In this document: piece by piece, positions 10,136 to 20,736 of the stretch | Numbering within the stretch: the first letter of the stretch is position 1 | How the letters are laid out: every line of letters starts with the position of its first letter | Assembly: GCA_963817895.1 (NCBI GenBank) | Contig: CAWFQB010000005.1 | Location: 320,001-384,000, forward strand | Origin: an uncultured Chthonomonadaceae bacterium | GTDB taxonomy: Bacteria > Armatimonadota > Chthonomonadetes > Chthonomonadales > Chthonomonadaceae | Length of the DNA stretch: 64,000 bases | Direction of reading: 5' to 3' | Position numbers and translations under genes: made by a program | Notes under the pieces: model-generated | Seen by the model: only the letters and a program-made list of their open reading frames with translations | Databases searched by the model: none | What the model was told of the DNA's origin: nothing

Positions 10136-12208
10136 ATGACTACTGCCCCCGCGACGGCCCCTGTCGCAATGAAGCGCAAAACGCGGCGTAAATCACGCGC
10201 AATGCCCATAGTAATTTCGGCTGCCCTTGTCGGCGGCCTGGGTTGGTTCGGCTGGACGAAGACCCATCCCGCCGAAGACGCGAATAGCAAGCTGCTTACG
10301 GCTCCGGTCACGCGCGGCGATATTGTAGAAGCGATTTCCGCAACCGGAAGCATTACCGCGCAGACGGGCGCACAGGTTAAAATCGGCTCGCAGATTACGG
10401 GAACCATTCAGCGGCTGTATGCCGACGTGGGCAGTTTTGTCAAAGCGGGACAGCCCATTGCCGTGCTGAACCTGCCCGATCTGGAAGCGCAGGTCAATCA
10501 GGCAAAAGCCAGCTACGCGCAGGCGCTTGTCAATCAGCAGCAGGCGCAGACCCGACTGGCGCAGCAGAAAACCACGCTCGGCATGACGCAGGCGCAGAAC
10601 AACAGCGCGGTCATCGAAGCGCAGGCGGCTTTGCGCGCGGCGCAGGCGCGGCAGTCTGCCGCCACTTCCGCCGCCACGCAGCAGGGCGAACAGACGCCGC
10701 AGGATGTGAAACGGGCGCAAAACGCCCTCAGCGTATCCCGCGCCGCGCTTTCTACCGCGCAATCCAATTTGAAACAGGTGCAGGCCAGTATCAATCTGCA
10801 AATCGCCACCGCGCAGGAGGGATTGACGCAGGCGCAGGCCACCTACAAAAACTCCGCCGCCAACCTGACGCGGCAGCAGCAGTTGCTCGGCAAAGGCTTT
10901 GTCGCCCAATCCATCGTGGATCAGGCGCAGGCGCAGGCCAGCGTGGATCAATCCAAAATCGAGTCCGCGCAGCAGAATATTGATCTGGTCAAGGCGAAAG
11001 TGGCCGCCGACCTGCAAACCGCGCAAAATCAGGTGGCGCAGGAGCAGCAGAACGTCGAATCGGCGCAATCCTCGCTGACCCTCGCGCAAACCGGCAAATA
11101 TACCGTCAGCGCGCGACAGGCCGACCTGCAAAACGCCATTGCGCAGGTGAATCAGGCCCGCGCCACGCTCGTCACTGCCCGCGCCAACCTGACGCAGATT
11201 GACATCAAGCAGCAGGACATTCAGCAGGCCGTGCAGGCCGTGCAGGTGGCGGCGGATGCCGTGCGCGTCGCCAAATCGCAGGTGGATTACCAGAACGCGC
11301 AGTTCGCCAAAACCATTATTCGCTCTCCCATTTCCGGCACGGTCTTGCAGCTCGCGTCGCAGCAGGGAGAAACGCTGGCGGCGGGATTGAGCGCGCCGAC
11401 CCTGATCGTCGTGGCCGACCTGAACCGCCTGCAGGTAGATACCTACGTAGACGAAACCGACATCGCCAAAGTGCATCTGGGGCAGGAAGCCGATATTACC
11501 GTAGACGCTTTCGCCAAGCGCCCTTTCAAGGGCAAAGTGACGAAAATCGCGTCCGGTTCCACGATCCAGAACGGCGTTATCACCTACGATGTCACGCTTT
11601 CCATTGAAAAGGAGAGCCGGGGTGGGGGTAAGCAGGGACGAGGCGGAATGGGCATGGATAAATCCGGCGGCGCGGGCGGAATGGGCGCGGGAACCGGAAA
11701 GGGTATGCGTCCTGAAGGCATGGCGGGAGGACCGCCGCCGACCGGCGGAACGGGCAATCGCCCCGGCACTCCCGGCGCATCAGGCGGACAAACCGCCGAT
11801 GGCGGAAGCGGGCGTTCGCAGGGCGGAGCCGATGATGGCGGGGCATCGTCGGGCGGTCGTCGGGTGGATGTGACAAAGCTGCTCAAGCCGGATATGACCG
11901 CCAGCGTCGCCATTCAGGTCGGCAAGCACGAGAACGTGCTGCTCGTGCCTTCCGAAGCCGTAAAGCAGGGATCGCGCGGCGCGACCGTCAACGTCCTGAC
12001 AAAGAAGGACGGCAAAGACGACATCGCCGCGCGCCCTGTGAAAACCGGCAGCAGCGACGGCGTGAACACGGAAATCCGCGATGGCGTGAAAGAGGGCGAC
12101 ATCATCGTCCGCGCCGGAATGCAGGACCCGAACCGCCGACAGATGGGACCCGGTTCGCCGTTTGGCCCGAGCAAGGGCGGTGGCAAGGGCGGCGGAAAGG
12201 GCGGGTAA
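10136..12208 (+). CDS. Efflux periplasmic adaptor subunit (MacA/HlyD-like)
   Basis: N-terminal TM, long Q/A coiled coil, [21 protein letters not shown]; Gly-rich insert. Confidence 0.9.
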   Translation: MTTAPATAPVAMKRKTRRKSRAMPIVISAALVGGLGWFGWTKTHPAEDANSKLLTAPVTRGDIVEAISATGSITAQTGAQVKIGSQITGTIQRLYADVGSFVKAGQPIAVLNLPDLEAQVNQAKASYAQALVNQQQAQTRLAQQKTTLGMTQAQNNSAVIEAQAALRAAQARQSAATSAATQQGEQTPQDVKRAQNALSVSRAALSTAQSNLKQVQASINLQIATAQEGLTQAQATYKNSAANLTRQQQLLGKGFVAQSIVDQAQAQASVDQSKIESAQQNIDLVKAKVAADLQTAQNQVAQEQQNVESAQSSLTLAQTGKYTVSARQADLQNAIAQVNQARATLVTARANLTQIDIKQQDIQQAVQAVQVAADAVRVAKSQVDYQNAQFAKTIIRSPISGTVLQLASQQGETLAAGLSAPTLIVVADLNRLQVDTYVDETDIAKVHLGQEADITVDAFAKRPFKGKVTKIASGSTIQNGVITYDVTLSIEKESRGGGKQGRGGMGMDKSGGAGGMGAGTGKGMRPEGMAGGPPPTGGTGNRPGTPGASGGQTADGGSGRSQGGADDGGASSGGRRVDVTKLLKPDMTASVAIQVGKHENVLLVPSEAVKQGSRGATVNVLTKKDGKDDIAARPVKTGSSDGVNTEIRDGVKEGDIIVRAGMQDPNRRQMGPGSPFGPSKGGGKGGGKGG

Positions 12209-12213
12209 TCATA

Positions 12214-13035
12214 ATGATTGGCACAAAACAAAACACGCCCAATTTTACCGCAGTGACGGCAAAAGGCGCGCTCCCGGACAACGCGCAACCTATGTTGCGC
12301 CTGCATGACATTCGCAAAACTTATGTGATGGGCGATCAGGTCGTACCCGCGCTGGCCGGGTTGGATTTAGATATTTATCCCGGCGAGTTCGTGGCGATCA
12401 TGGGGCCATCCGGTTCGGGCAAATCCACGCTGATGCACATCATCGGCTGTCTGGACGCGCCCACCTCCGGCTCCTACCAACTGGACGGCATCGAAGTCGC
12501 GGATATGGACGATTACGAACTCGCCCATATCCGCAACCGGAAGATCGGCTTCGTGTTTCAGGGCTTCAACCTTCTGGCGCGCACGACTGCGCTTGAAAAC
12601 GTGGAATTGCCCATGCTGTACGCCCGGCGCAAAGATCGAACCGAACGCGCGATTGCCGCTCTGGAGCGCGTGGGACTGGGCAACCGCATAGACCACAAGC
12701 CCAACGAACTTTCGGGCGGGCAGCAGCAGCGCGTCGCCATTGCCCGCGCCCTTGCCAGCGAACCCCTGCTGATTCTGGCCGACGAACCAACCGGCAACCT
12801 TGCCAGCGTTCAATCCGAAGAGATCATGCAGGTGTTTCAGGAACTCAATGATGAGGGCATCACGCTCATCATGGTCACGCACGAACCCGAAATCGGACGC
12901 CATTGCCGCCGCACGGTCTATATCAAGGATGGGCGCGTGGTCGCCGACGAACCCGTTCAGGATCGCCTGATGGCAAAAGACGTGCTGGCCGAAATGGCGG
13001 CGGAACGCGAACGTTTGGCGTCAACAATGACGTAA
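12214..13035 (+). CDS. ABC transporter ATP-binding protein (MacB/LolD type)
   Basis: Motifs [34 protein letters not shown]. Confidence 0.95.
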   Translation: MIGTKQNTPNFTAVTAKGALPDNAQPMLRLHDIRKTYVMGDQVVPALAGLDLDIYPGEFVAIMGPSGSGKSTLMHIIGCLDAPTSGSYQLDGIEVADMDDYELAHIRNRKIGFVFQGFNLLARTTALENVELPMLYARRKDRTERAIAALERVGLGNRIDHKPNELSGGQQQRVAIARALASEPLLILADEPTGNLASVQSEEIMQVFQELNDEGITLIMVTHEPEIGRHCRRTVYIKDGRVVADEPVQDRLMAKDVLAEMAAERERLASTMT

Positions 13036-13037
13036 AG

Positions 13038-13157
13038 GCAGGTGTCAGGTATCAGGTGTCAGGTGTCAGGGCAGACCTTTTCTCGTTCCCTTGTACCAGT
13101 GCAACGCAAGGAGAAATGGCTTTCCCTGACACCTGACACCTGATACCTGACACCTGC
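13038..13157. repeat. Perfect 34-bp inverted repeat of CAGGT(G/A)T heptamers with a 52-nt spacer
   Basis: 13038-13071 is the exact reverse complement of 13124-13157. Confidence 0.95.
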
Positions 13158-14445
13158 ATGGAGCCTTCCATGAACCTGCTAGAGAGTTTGCGAGTCGCCA
13201 TGCGCGGACTTGCCAGTAATAAAATGCGGACGATGTTGACGATGCTGGGCATCATCATCGGCGTGGCCGTCGTGATTCTGGTGGTTGCCATCGGGCAGGG
13301 CGCGACGCAGCGCGTGACGGAAACCATTAACCAGTTAGGAACCAATCAGCTTTCCATCTGGCCGGGGCAGTCGCATATCCGCATCAATGCGGTTACGAAG
13401 TCCAGCGGCGCGACAGCAACAGGTTCCACAAGCGGCGGAGGTGGTGGCGGTTCCACGCTGACGCTCCTTGATGCGAACTTGATCGCGAAAAACTTTCCGG
13501 AAGCGGTGGCGGCAGTGGCCCCGCAGGTGCGCGGTAATGCGCAGGTGCGTTTGGAAAACAAAGACGCCAACACCAATATCACCGGCTCCACAGTGGAATA
13601 CCTGCAAGTCAGCAACGCGGATGTGGACAGCGGACGGTTCTTTACGGAAAATGAGCAGGAGGGCAGCCAGAAGGTCTGCGTGGTCGGACATAGCGTTTCG
13701 GAAAAACTGCTCGGCGATGCCAGTATTGATTTGACCGGCAAAGATATTCTTTTGAACCGCATCGGCTTTCATGTCATCGGTATGCTGAAACCCAAAGGGT
13801 CGGGCGCATGGGGGCAGGATCAGGACGACGTGATTATCATTCCGATTACAACGGCCATGAATCGCGTTTTGAACCGTCGCTTCCTCAACTTTGTCGCTAT
13901 CAGCGCGACAAGCCAGAAGATGATGCCGCTTGCGCAGGAGCAGATTTCCGCTTTTCTACGTAACCGCCACCATTTGCAGCCGCCGTTCCCCGATAACGAC
14001 GACTTCAACATCCGCAGCCAGACGGAACTGATGGAATCGCAGCAGAGCGTGACCGGAACTATGACCACTCTGCTTAAGCGCGGTTGCTGTCATTTCGCTT
14101 GTCGTCGGCGGCATCGGCATTATGAACATCATGCTCGTGTCGGTCACGGAGCGAACCCGAGAAATCGGAATTCGCAAAGCCATTGGAGCCACGCCCCGCG
14201 ACATTTCCATGCAGTTTATCATCGAAGCGACGATTATTTCCCTGCTTGGCGGGCTGCTTGGCATCTGCCTGGGCGTGGGCGGCGCAGCCATCTTATCGCG
14301 CATCGCGGGCTGGAATACGGTTGTGAACTCCACCGCTGTTCTCGCGGCTCTTGTCGTCTCGGGTGGTATCGGTATCTTCTTCGGCATCTACCCGGCCAGC
14401 AAAGCCGCCGCCCTGCACCCGATAGAAGCATTGCGCTATGAGTGA
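13158..14445 (+). CDS. ABC transporter permease (MacB/FtsX type); frameshift near 14075
   Basis: N-part: [13 protein letters not shown]. After a +1 base the sequence continues [46 protein letters not shown]. Confidence 0.9.
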
Positions 14446-15665
14446 TCTGAAGCCGGGAATGTTTCACGCCCTGACGTACCGCAATTTCCGGCTGTTCTTC
14501 TACGGGCAACTGATTTCGGTCGCGGGAACCTGGATGCAGGACGTGGCCCAGAAGTGGCTCGTCTGGGAAGTGACGCACTCCCCGAAGTGGCTGGGCATTG
14601 TATCCGGCGCGAACGCGATTCCATTTGTCGTATTTGCCGTATGGGGCGGGCAAATCGCGGATCGCTATTCGCGCCGCGTAATTCTGGTGTGGACGCAAAC
14701 CATTGCCATGCTGCTCGCCTTTGTTCTTGCCCTCCTCGCGTCCCATGTTTCTCCCATTTCGCTTCAGGCGTGGCATATCGCCGTGATTTCGGGCTTGTCG
14801 GGGATTGTCAACTCGTTCAATATGCCCGCGCAACAGGCGTTCGTCGTGGACATGGTGGACGACCGCAAATTGTTGGGCAACGCGATTGCGCTCAATTCCC
14901 TGCGCTTTAATGTGGCTCGTATTCTTGGCCCGATTCTCGCCGGAATTGTGCTGGTCAAAGTCGGCTCGTCCGCGTGTTTTTTCCTCAACGGCGTGAGTTT
15001 CATCGCCGTGATTATCTCCCTGCTGATGATACACCTGCCGCCGTTTTCCCCTGCGGAAAATCGCGGCTCGGTTCTGGATGGCTTCCGCTATATTCGGGAC
15101 AATCACAGCATTTTGCGCGTGATGCTGCTCATCGGCTCGGCCAGTATTTTCACATGGCCGCTTTCCACGCTGTTTCCCGTGTTCGCGGATATGTATAACG
15201 TGGGTTCGCGGGGATATAGCGCGATGATGGCGGCGAACGGACTTGGGCGCGGCGCTTGCGGGTTTGGCTCTGGCGTGGGTGGGAACGCGGGTTTCGAGCA
15301 AAATGAAGGTGTACGGCGGCGCGGCTTTGTTCTGCCTGTCTCTTCTGCTGCTGTCGTGGGCGGGGCTGTACTGGGTTGCGCTCGCCTGTTTGGTGTTGAG
15401 CGGCTTCGCCATGATCGTGTTCGGCATCAGTTCGCAGATTAAAGTGCAGGAGGAGGTTCCCGACGAGTTGCGCGGGCGGGTGATGGCGGTCTATTCCCTT
15501 GTGTTCAACGGCCTGTTTTCGATTGGCGGTCTGGAAATCGGCACTCTCGCGGAACATCTTCATGCGCCTGTCGCCGTGCGCCTGAACGCCGTTATTGCGT
15601 TTGTCATCACAGGCGCGTTGCTCGCCTGGAGTCGGGTGGATCAGCCGAAAGCAGCAGTTAATTAA
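14438..15665 (+). CDS. MFS transporter (DUF894/MFS_3 type); frameshift near 15247
   Basis: [20 protein letters not shown]; the C-terminal part [11 protein letters not shown] is in another frame. Confidence 0.88.
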
Positions 15666-15811
15666 CCACCCGCTACGCTAGAGACACAGAGACACAGAGG
15701 AAAAGACAATGCGAGAAAGAGAAGATGCGTACTTTTTACGGTACTTCTCTCTTCTCCTCCCCTCGAATTGGTTCCCTCTGTGTCTCTGTGTCTCTAGCGT
15801 AGCGGGTGGTT
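15664..15811. repeat. Perfect 37-bp inverted repeat with GACACAGA octamers and a 74-nt spacer
   Basis: AACCACCCGCTACGCTAGAGACACAGAGACACAGAGG at 15664-15700; exact reverse complement at 15775-15811; lies between convergent genes. Confidence 0.95.
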
Positions 15812-15813
15812 GA

Positions 15814-16977
15814 CTAACTACTTATTGCCCCGGCGATGGCGTTTGCGAACAGGCGGCGCATCCGCAGCAATCCGTTCCCATCGTTTTCCGTTTCATAGAC
15901 GACGCGATTGGTCAGCATCAGCAGAGTCACGTCTACATCGGGGTCGTACATAATGAGGGTTCCCGTAAAGCCCGAATGCCCGAACGTCCGTTCCGAAAAC
16001 AGATCGCCTTTGGGCAGATAGCCGTTAGGATACGCGAAATAGCCAATAGTGTGGGCGTTGATGTCGGGCTTGGTCGGGTCGGTCTGGCAGGTGGCAGCGA
16101 GATGGCGGGCAAGTGGGCCGAGGACGGGCGGCAATCCTAAATGATCGGCGTTGGTTTCGTGCCGGAAGGACAGGATGAAGCGCAGCATGTCGGGCGCGCT
16201 GGAAAAAATGCCCGCGTGTCCCGCCACGCCTTTCATGCCATGCGCGTTGGGGTCATGCACATCGCCGACAAAGCGACTTGAAGGTGCGCGAATGCCGTCC
16301 TTCAGATCGCTTCGGCCTGTTGCGGCAATACGGGGATACAGGGCGGGCGCGGGATTGTAACCACTGCTCGACATACCCAATGGCTTGAAAATGCGCTCCT
16401 GAACCAGAACATCCAACGGCTTGCCCAACACCCGCTCCACGATATAACCGATGGTAATGTAGCCTAAATCGCTGTACAGATAGTTCATGCCGGTGGGGTG
16501 GGCAAGGGGCGTGGCGAGGATTTGCGCCAGCGGTTCGCCGTTTTCGGTTTTGTACACGGCTTTCCACGCGGGCAGGCCACTGGTATGGGTGGCAAGATAG
16601 TGAATGGCGACCGGGCCAATCGGCGCTTTGTCGGCTTCGGGCAGAATTTGCCGAACCTCCTGATTGAGATGCAGGCGGCCCTCCTCCACGCATTGCAGCA
16701 GCAGGGTAGCCGTGAACGTTTTGGTAATCGAGGCCATATCGAAAATGGTATCGAGCGTGGCGGGAAGGGGCGGGATTGCGTCCGGTTGCGCGATACCATG
16801 CGCCCCCTGCGCCGCAATCATGCCATGCCGAACGATAAGGTACGTGACGGCAGAGTATAGATGATCCGTAACGCCCTTTTGCAGCATCGCATCGGCGGCT
16901 TGCAAATAGTCTGCGCGAAACCCGAGCGCTTTCGGCGGTTTGACAAGATCATGTAAGTTTAGGGTAGATGGATTCAT
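15814..16977 (-). CDS. Serine hydrolase, beta-lactamase family
   Basis: SxxK (ASITK), YSDLGY, GHAGIFS, GHSGFTG. Confidence 0.9.
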   Translation of the reverse strand: MNPSTLNLHDLVKPPKALGFRADYLQAADAMLQKGVTDHLYSAVTYLIVRHGMIAAQGAHGIAQPDAIPPLPATLDTIFDMASITKTFTATLLLQCVEEGRLHLNQEVRQILPEADKAPIGPVAIHYLATHTSGLPAWKAVYKTENGEPLAQILATPLAHPTGMNYLYSDLGYITIGYIVERVLGKPLDVLVQERIFKPLGMSSSGYNPAPALYPRIAATGRSDLKDGIRAPSSRFVGDVHDPNAHGMKGVAGHAGIFSSAPDMLRFILSFRHETNADHLGLPPVLGPLARHLAATCQTDPTKPDINAHTIGYFAYPNGYLPKGDLFSERTFGHSGFTGTLIMYDPDVDVTLLMLTNRVVYETENDGNGLLRMRRLFANAIAGAISS

Positions 16978-17017
16978 GGTTGATTTTGTTCTACAGGGTA
17001 CAACTTCTGCCCGTCGG

Positions 17018-17902
17018 CTACGCTTCTTCCAGTTTCATGTCCGCCAGCGTCTCAGCCGTCACAAAACGCTCTAACAAAGTATCCAGCAACTCCTCATTGG
17101 TGATACTACGCACTTTAATTTCGGCCTGTTCGGGCAACTCTCCGAACTTGACGCGCATCTGTTTCAGAAGCACATTTCGCGCTTTCTTGACCATGACGCG
17201 CTCTTCAAATAAATCTACCATTTCTGCTACCTCCGATTCCTCAGATTGTGAGACAAGGCTTTCATACTCCGATTCTTCATCCGTATTCAAGGTGAGATAC
17301 GTCTCAATCAAGTTCGTCAACAGCACTTGCCGCGCTTCATCTACTCCGCTGCTGATAACCTGCTGCAAACTCACAAGCTTTTGCGCGGCGCGTCCGAGGG
17401 AAAGCGGCTGCATCAGGGCGCTTAATGCCGGAGCAAGGGGGTTGTCGCTTTCGATGTAATCCTCGGCTTTGAGTTCCGGCAAGCCGACGGCGGCATACTC
17501 GAAGGTGAGAATATCCTTTTCGAACAAACTCTCCACATACGTCTCGTAGGTAATACCGCCCGTTCCCGGCACAATGTAGAGGACAATCGGGAACACGCGC
17601 AGTTTGTAGCGCAACCTCAGCAGCATGTAATACTCGAACATGCGAAAGCGTACTTCACCCCGTCGTACCGCTTGCGTTTCCACATGGATCAAGACCAGTT
17701 CCGGCTCACCATCAAATGTAGGAACGATGGCGATGGTATCGGCGCGGCGGACGCTGCCTTCCGGCACATCGGTAAACAGTTCCACGTTCGGGAAGGTCGC
17801 CTCCACCCAATTCAGGCGCGCGGCTACATCGGGATAGAACAACAGCATGAATTCGGGCAGGAACGCTCGCAGCAGTTCCTTGAACAATTGATCGTGTGCC
17901 AT
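17018..17902 (-). CDS. Rpn-like PD-(D/E)XK nuclease / putative transposase (DUF4351-like C-terminus)
   Basis: HDQLFKELL, RRADT, LIHVETQ..RMFEYY, PIVLY, C-terminal KFGELP. Confidence 0.75.
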   Translation of the reverse strand: MAHDQLFKELLRAFLPEFMLLFYPDVAARLNWVEATFPNVELFTDVPEGSVRRADTIAIVPTFDGEPELVLIHVETQAVRRGEVRFRMFEYYMLLRLRYKLRVFPIVLYIVPGTGGITYETYVESLFEKDILTFEYAAVGLPELKAEDYIESDNPLAPALSALMQPLSLGRAAQKLVSLQQVISSGVDEARQVLLTNLIETYLTLNTDEESEYESLVSQSEESEVAEMVDLFEERVMVKKARNVLLKQMRVKFGELPEQAEIKVRSITNEELLDTLLERFVTAETLADMKLEEA

Positions 17903-17939
17903 GTATACCTCATACCGACGCGATTCATAGTGGGAAATT

Positions 17940-18983
17940 TCAACACTCAACATTCGCCGCAGAGTTGAGACGGTCGGCAATCGTTCGTACCACTTGCGCG
18001 GTCTGTTCGCGCGCCCGGATGATGATGTCTATTTTTTCGCCCGCGAGGGAACCGGCCACGTAGATATTCGGCACACTCGTTTCAAAGGTTTCGGGATCGC
18101 GGGCGGGGCGTCCGTCCGGTTCCACGCACAGGCCGAGATGGTCGAAAAAGCGGGTGTCGGCGCGTTGCCCGATGACGGCGAACACGAAGCGGGCAGGTAC
18201 GGAGTACGGTTCGCCATTCGCCTGTCCCCGATGCGGATGTTCCGCGTCGTAGGTAAACGGCTGAAGCCACGTTTGCTGCGGTTCGATGCAGGCGACGCTG
18301 ACGCCCGTATGCAGGTTCACCTTTTTATCGTCTACGGCAAACTGCAGGTCGCGCACCACGAACGGGCGCAAATGACTCTGATACTCGGCGGGCGGGCGGC
18401 GCATGGCATAAGTGACGCGCGCTCCGGCTTCCGACAGAGCAAGGGCGGCGTGAACGGCGGAATTGCCCCCGCCCACAACCAGCGCATCTATGCCGAAATA
18501 CTCGGTCGGCTCATGGAAGCGGGAATAAACGTGCGGCAAGTCCGCGCCGGGGCAGTTCAGGCGGTTCGGCACATCCCACACGCCGGAAGTCAGCAACAGG
18601 GTTCGGGCATAGTACACGCGCTCCTCGTCATGGTTAGGTTCCAGCCGCGTCTGAACCACAAACACTCCGCCCTCGCGCCGAACGCGCGTAATGGACTCCC
18701 ACAGGGATAAGTTCAACCGCTTGTACGCGGCGACTGCCCGGAAATAGGGCAGAATGTCCTCGCGGGTGGGCTTGTCGCCGCCGCGCATAGGCAAGGGTAC
18801 GCCCCCGACGGTCATCTCATCCGGCGGCGAAAAGAAGCGCAGGTTTTGCGGATACTCCACAAACGAGTGCGCCAACCCGCGCCGGTCCACAATCCGGTGC
18901 GATAATCCGAGTTCCTGCGCGCTGCAAGCCGCCTGCAACCCGGCCGGTCCCGCCCCGATGATAAGAATGTCGGTTGTTGCCAA
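17940..18983 (-). CDS. FAD/NAD(P)-dependent oxidoreductase, YpdA/thioredoxin-reductase-like
   Basis: IIGAGPAG, YPQNLRFFS, KPTRE..YF, VVGGGNSA, ETFETSVPNIYVAG. Confidence 0.8.
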   Translation of the reverse strand: MATTDILIIGAGPAGLQAACSAQELGLSHRIVDRRGLAHSFVEYPQNLRFFSPPDEMTVGGVPLPMRGGDKPTREDILPYFRAVAAYKRLNLSLWESITRVRREGGVFVVQTRLEPNHDEERVYYARTLLLTSGVWDVPNRLNCPGADLPHVYSRFHEPTEYFGIDALVVGGGNSAVHAALALSEAGARVTYAMRRPPAEYQSHLRPFVVRDLQFAVDDKKVNLHTGVSVACIEPQQTWLQPFTYDAEHPHRGQANGEPYSVPARFVFAVIGQRADTRFFDHLGLCVEPDGRPARDPETFETSVPNIYVAGSLAGEKIDIIIRAREQTAQVVRTIADRLNSAANVEC

Positions 18984-19001
18984 ACAAGTTTCCTGAAGTA
19001 A

Positions 19002-20143
19002 CTCACCTTACGCAGGCGCACTCATGCCTTTGAGCAGTTGTAGTTCGCGGTAGGCGCTGGCAAGGGCCGCTTTGTAGAGCCTGCCTTTCATCGCAAAATG
19101 GTTCAAGCGCGTCTGCAAACGCAGACTTTCCAACTTCACATACGCCCATAAACAGGCGAAGATATGGTTGCTCTGGGTCCGAATAGTTTTGGTCGGCGAC
19201 TTGGCGAAACTCGCATTGCTCTTGACCGATTTGTGATACTCTTCCACTTTCCACCGTTTTTGGTAGATCGTCTGGATGTCGCAACCGCTTAACGTCGTGT
19301 CACTCGTCACGAGATAGAGAACGCCCTGGCTGCCGTCCTTGTTTGTAAAGACCTGCTTACACAGCAGAAGGGGGAAGTTTACCCCCTCCAGCCAGATGTT
19401 CAATACGGCGTCCGCTTCGCAGCAAAGCGAGGATACGGGCATATAGCGGCCTGCCAACTTGTCTTCCTGGGACAAAGCCACCTTGCGGTTGGCCTTAATC
19501 GGGAAGATAAAGTCGGTTTTGCCTTCGTTTTTGAGGTGCATCATCGTTTCTGCCGCGCTGAACCAAGCGTCGGCCAGGACATAGCGAAAAGGCAATTGGT
19601 TCTTCTGACATTGCGCCACCATCTCGCGCAGGTATTCGTTCTTGGTCTTGGGACACACTCGCTTGGGTTTGCCCGTCTTCTTATGCGTTTCCCAAGCCGA
19701 CTTTTGGATCAACTCGAAGGCAACGGGCAGAGCGGCAGTGGGCGCGCGATACAAACAGGTCAGAATGTTGATGCCCTTCACGTTGCGGTTGAAGCAATGA
19801 TCCCAATGCCAGCAAATGAGTTCGCTTTCATCCGTATAGAGTTTTTCTTCGATGCTGTCATCGAAGACCAGAACTGCGTCTTCACATTGTACCTGCCGTA
19901 CCAAGGGTTTGACCAGATGCCACAGGTCCGAAGAAGTGAAGTCACGTCCTGACAAGAACCGCGTGATCTTGTCGTGGCTAATCGCGCCGTCGAGCAGGGT
20001 GGAAAGGCCCGTCGCGGTAGTCAGGCCGAACGAACAAAGGAGATAGTCTGAGTAAAGGTCCAGAAGTTGTTTGTCCATGACACTATTCTACCGTCAACAA
20101 CAGCAAATCTGTGACTACAAACTGCTCGCCTGCGTAAGGTGAG
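19002..20143 (-). mobile_element. Insertion sequence (IS701-like DDE), 1142 bp
   Basis: 17-bp perfect TIRs CTCACCTTACGCAGGCG (19002-19018 / 20127-20143); 8-bp direct repeat TGAAGTAA at 18994-19001 and 20144-20151. Confidence 0.93.
19008..20078 (-). CDS. DDE transposase (IS701-like)
   Basis: SHDKITRFL, LVFDDSIEEK, VLADAWF, YQKRWKVEEYHKSVK; intact 356 aa. Confidence 0.92.
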   Translation of the reverse strand: MDKQLLDLYSDYLLCSFGLTTATGLSTLLDGAISHDKITRFLSGRDFTSSDLWHLVKPLVRQVQCEDAVLVFDDSIEEKLYTDESELICWHWDHCFNRNVKGINILTCLYRAPTAALPVAFELIQKSAWETHKKTGKPKRVCPKTKNEYLREMVAQCQKNQLPFRYVLADAWFSAAETMMHLKNEGKTDFIFPIKANRKVALSQEDKLAGRYMPVSSLCCEADAVLNIWLEGVNFPLLLCKQVFTNKDGSQGVLYLVTSDTTLSGCDIQTIYQKRWKVEEYHKSVKSNASFAKSPTKTIRTQSNHIFACLWAYVKLESLRLQTRLNHFAMKGRLYKAALASAYRELQLLKGMSAPA

Positions 20144-20145
20144 TG

Positions 20146-20217
20146 AAGTAAGTAGTAAGTAGTAAGTAGTTGATAGCTCCCACCTTTCCATCAACTATCA
20201 ACTATCAACTACTTACT
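20146..20217. repeat. Palindromic heptamer-array element (AGTAAGT/AGTTGAT)n
   Basis: AGTAAGTAGTTGATAG (20161-20176) pairs with CTATCAACTACTTACT (20202-20217); contains the regulator stop codon. Confidence 0.85.
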
Positions 20218-20736
20218 CTCCTGTTCAAACGCGCGCAGGGCTTGCAGCATCAGGGGCAACAGCATGTCGCTGGTGACGGGTTTGATGACATAGCCGCTGA
20301 CGCCCAGATCGGCGGCCTGCGAACGGTATTCCTCGTCACTGAAAGCCGTCAGCATCACGATGCACAGCCGCGCTTCGGCCAGAATACGCCGCGTGGCCTC
20401 CATGCCGTCCATGATGGGCATACGCACATCCATCAGCACGATGTCGGGGCGTTCGCGCAGGGCCAGTTCCGACCCGTCGCGCCCGTTGATGGCCGTGCCG
20501 ATAATCACCAGACCGGCGTGGGTAAGAGTGCGCCGCAGTTGCATTTGCGTGACGCCCTCGTCCTCCACGATGATAACGCGCCTGCCGTTGAGTTCCCGCC
20601 GCGCCTCCTCCAGAGTTATCTGCGGCCCGGTCGTAATACTCTCCACGCTTTCAAGCGGCGTCAGGATATTCAGGGAAGGTGATGGCGACTCGCCCCCCCC
20701 CGGCTGTGACGGACCGGACTGGCTGGCCTGAACCAT
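20209..20736 (-). CDS. Single-domain response regulator (REC); start uncertain
   Basis: IIVEDE, PDIVLMDVRMPIMDG, MLTAFS, YVIKP. Confidence 0.88.
   Translation of the reverse strand: MVQASQSGPSQPGGGESPSPSLNILTPLESVESITTGPQITLEEARRELNGRRVIIVEDEGVTQMQLRRTLTHAGLVIIGTAINGRDGSELALRERPDIVLMDVRMPIMDGMEATRRILAEARLCIVMLTAFSDEEYRSQAADLGVSGYVIKPVTSDMLLPLMLQALRAFEQESK

Noticed and set aside
11615..11865. Gly-rich low-complexity stretch in the efflux adaptor
   Set aside because: A protein-level linker with no fixed nucleotide period; common in this family.
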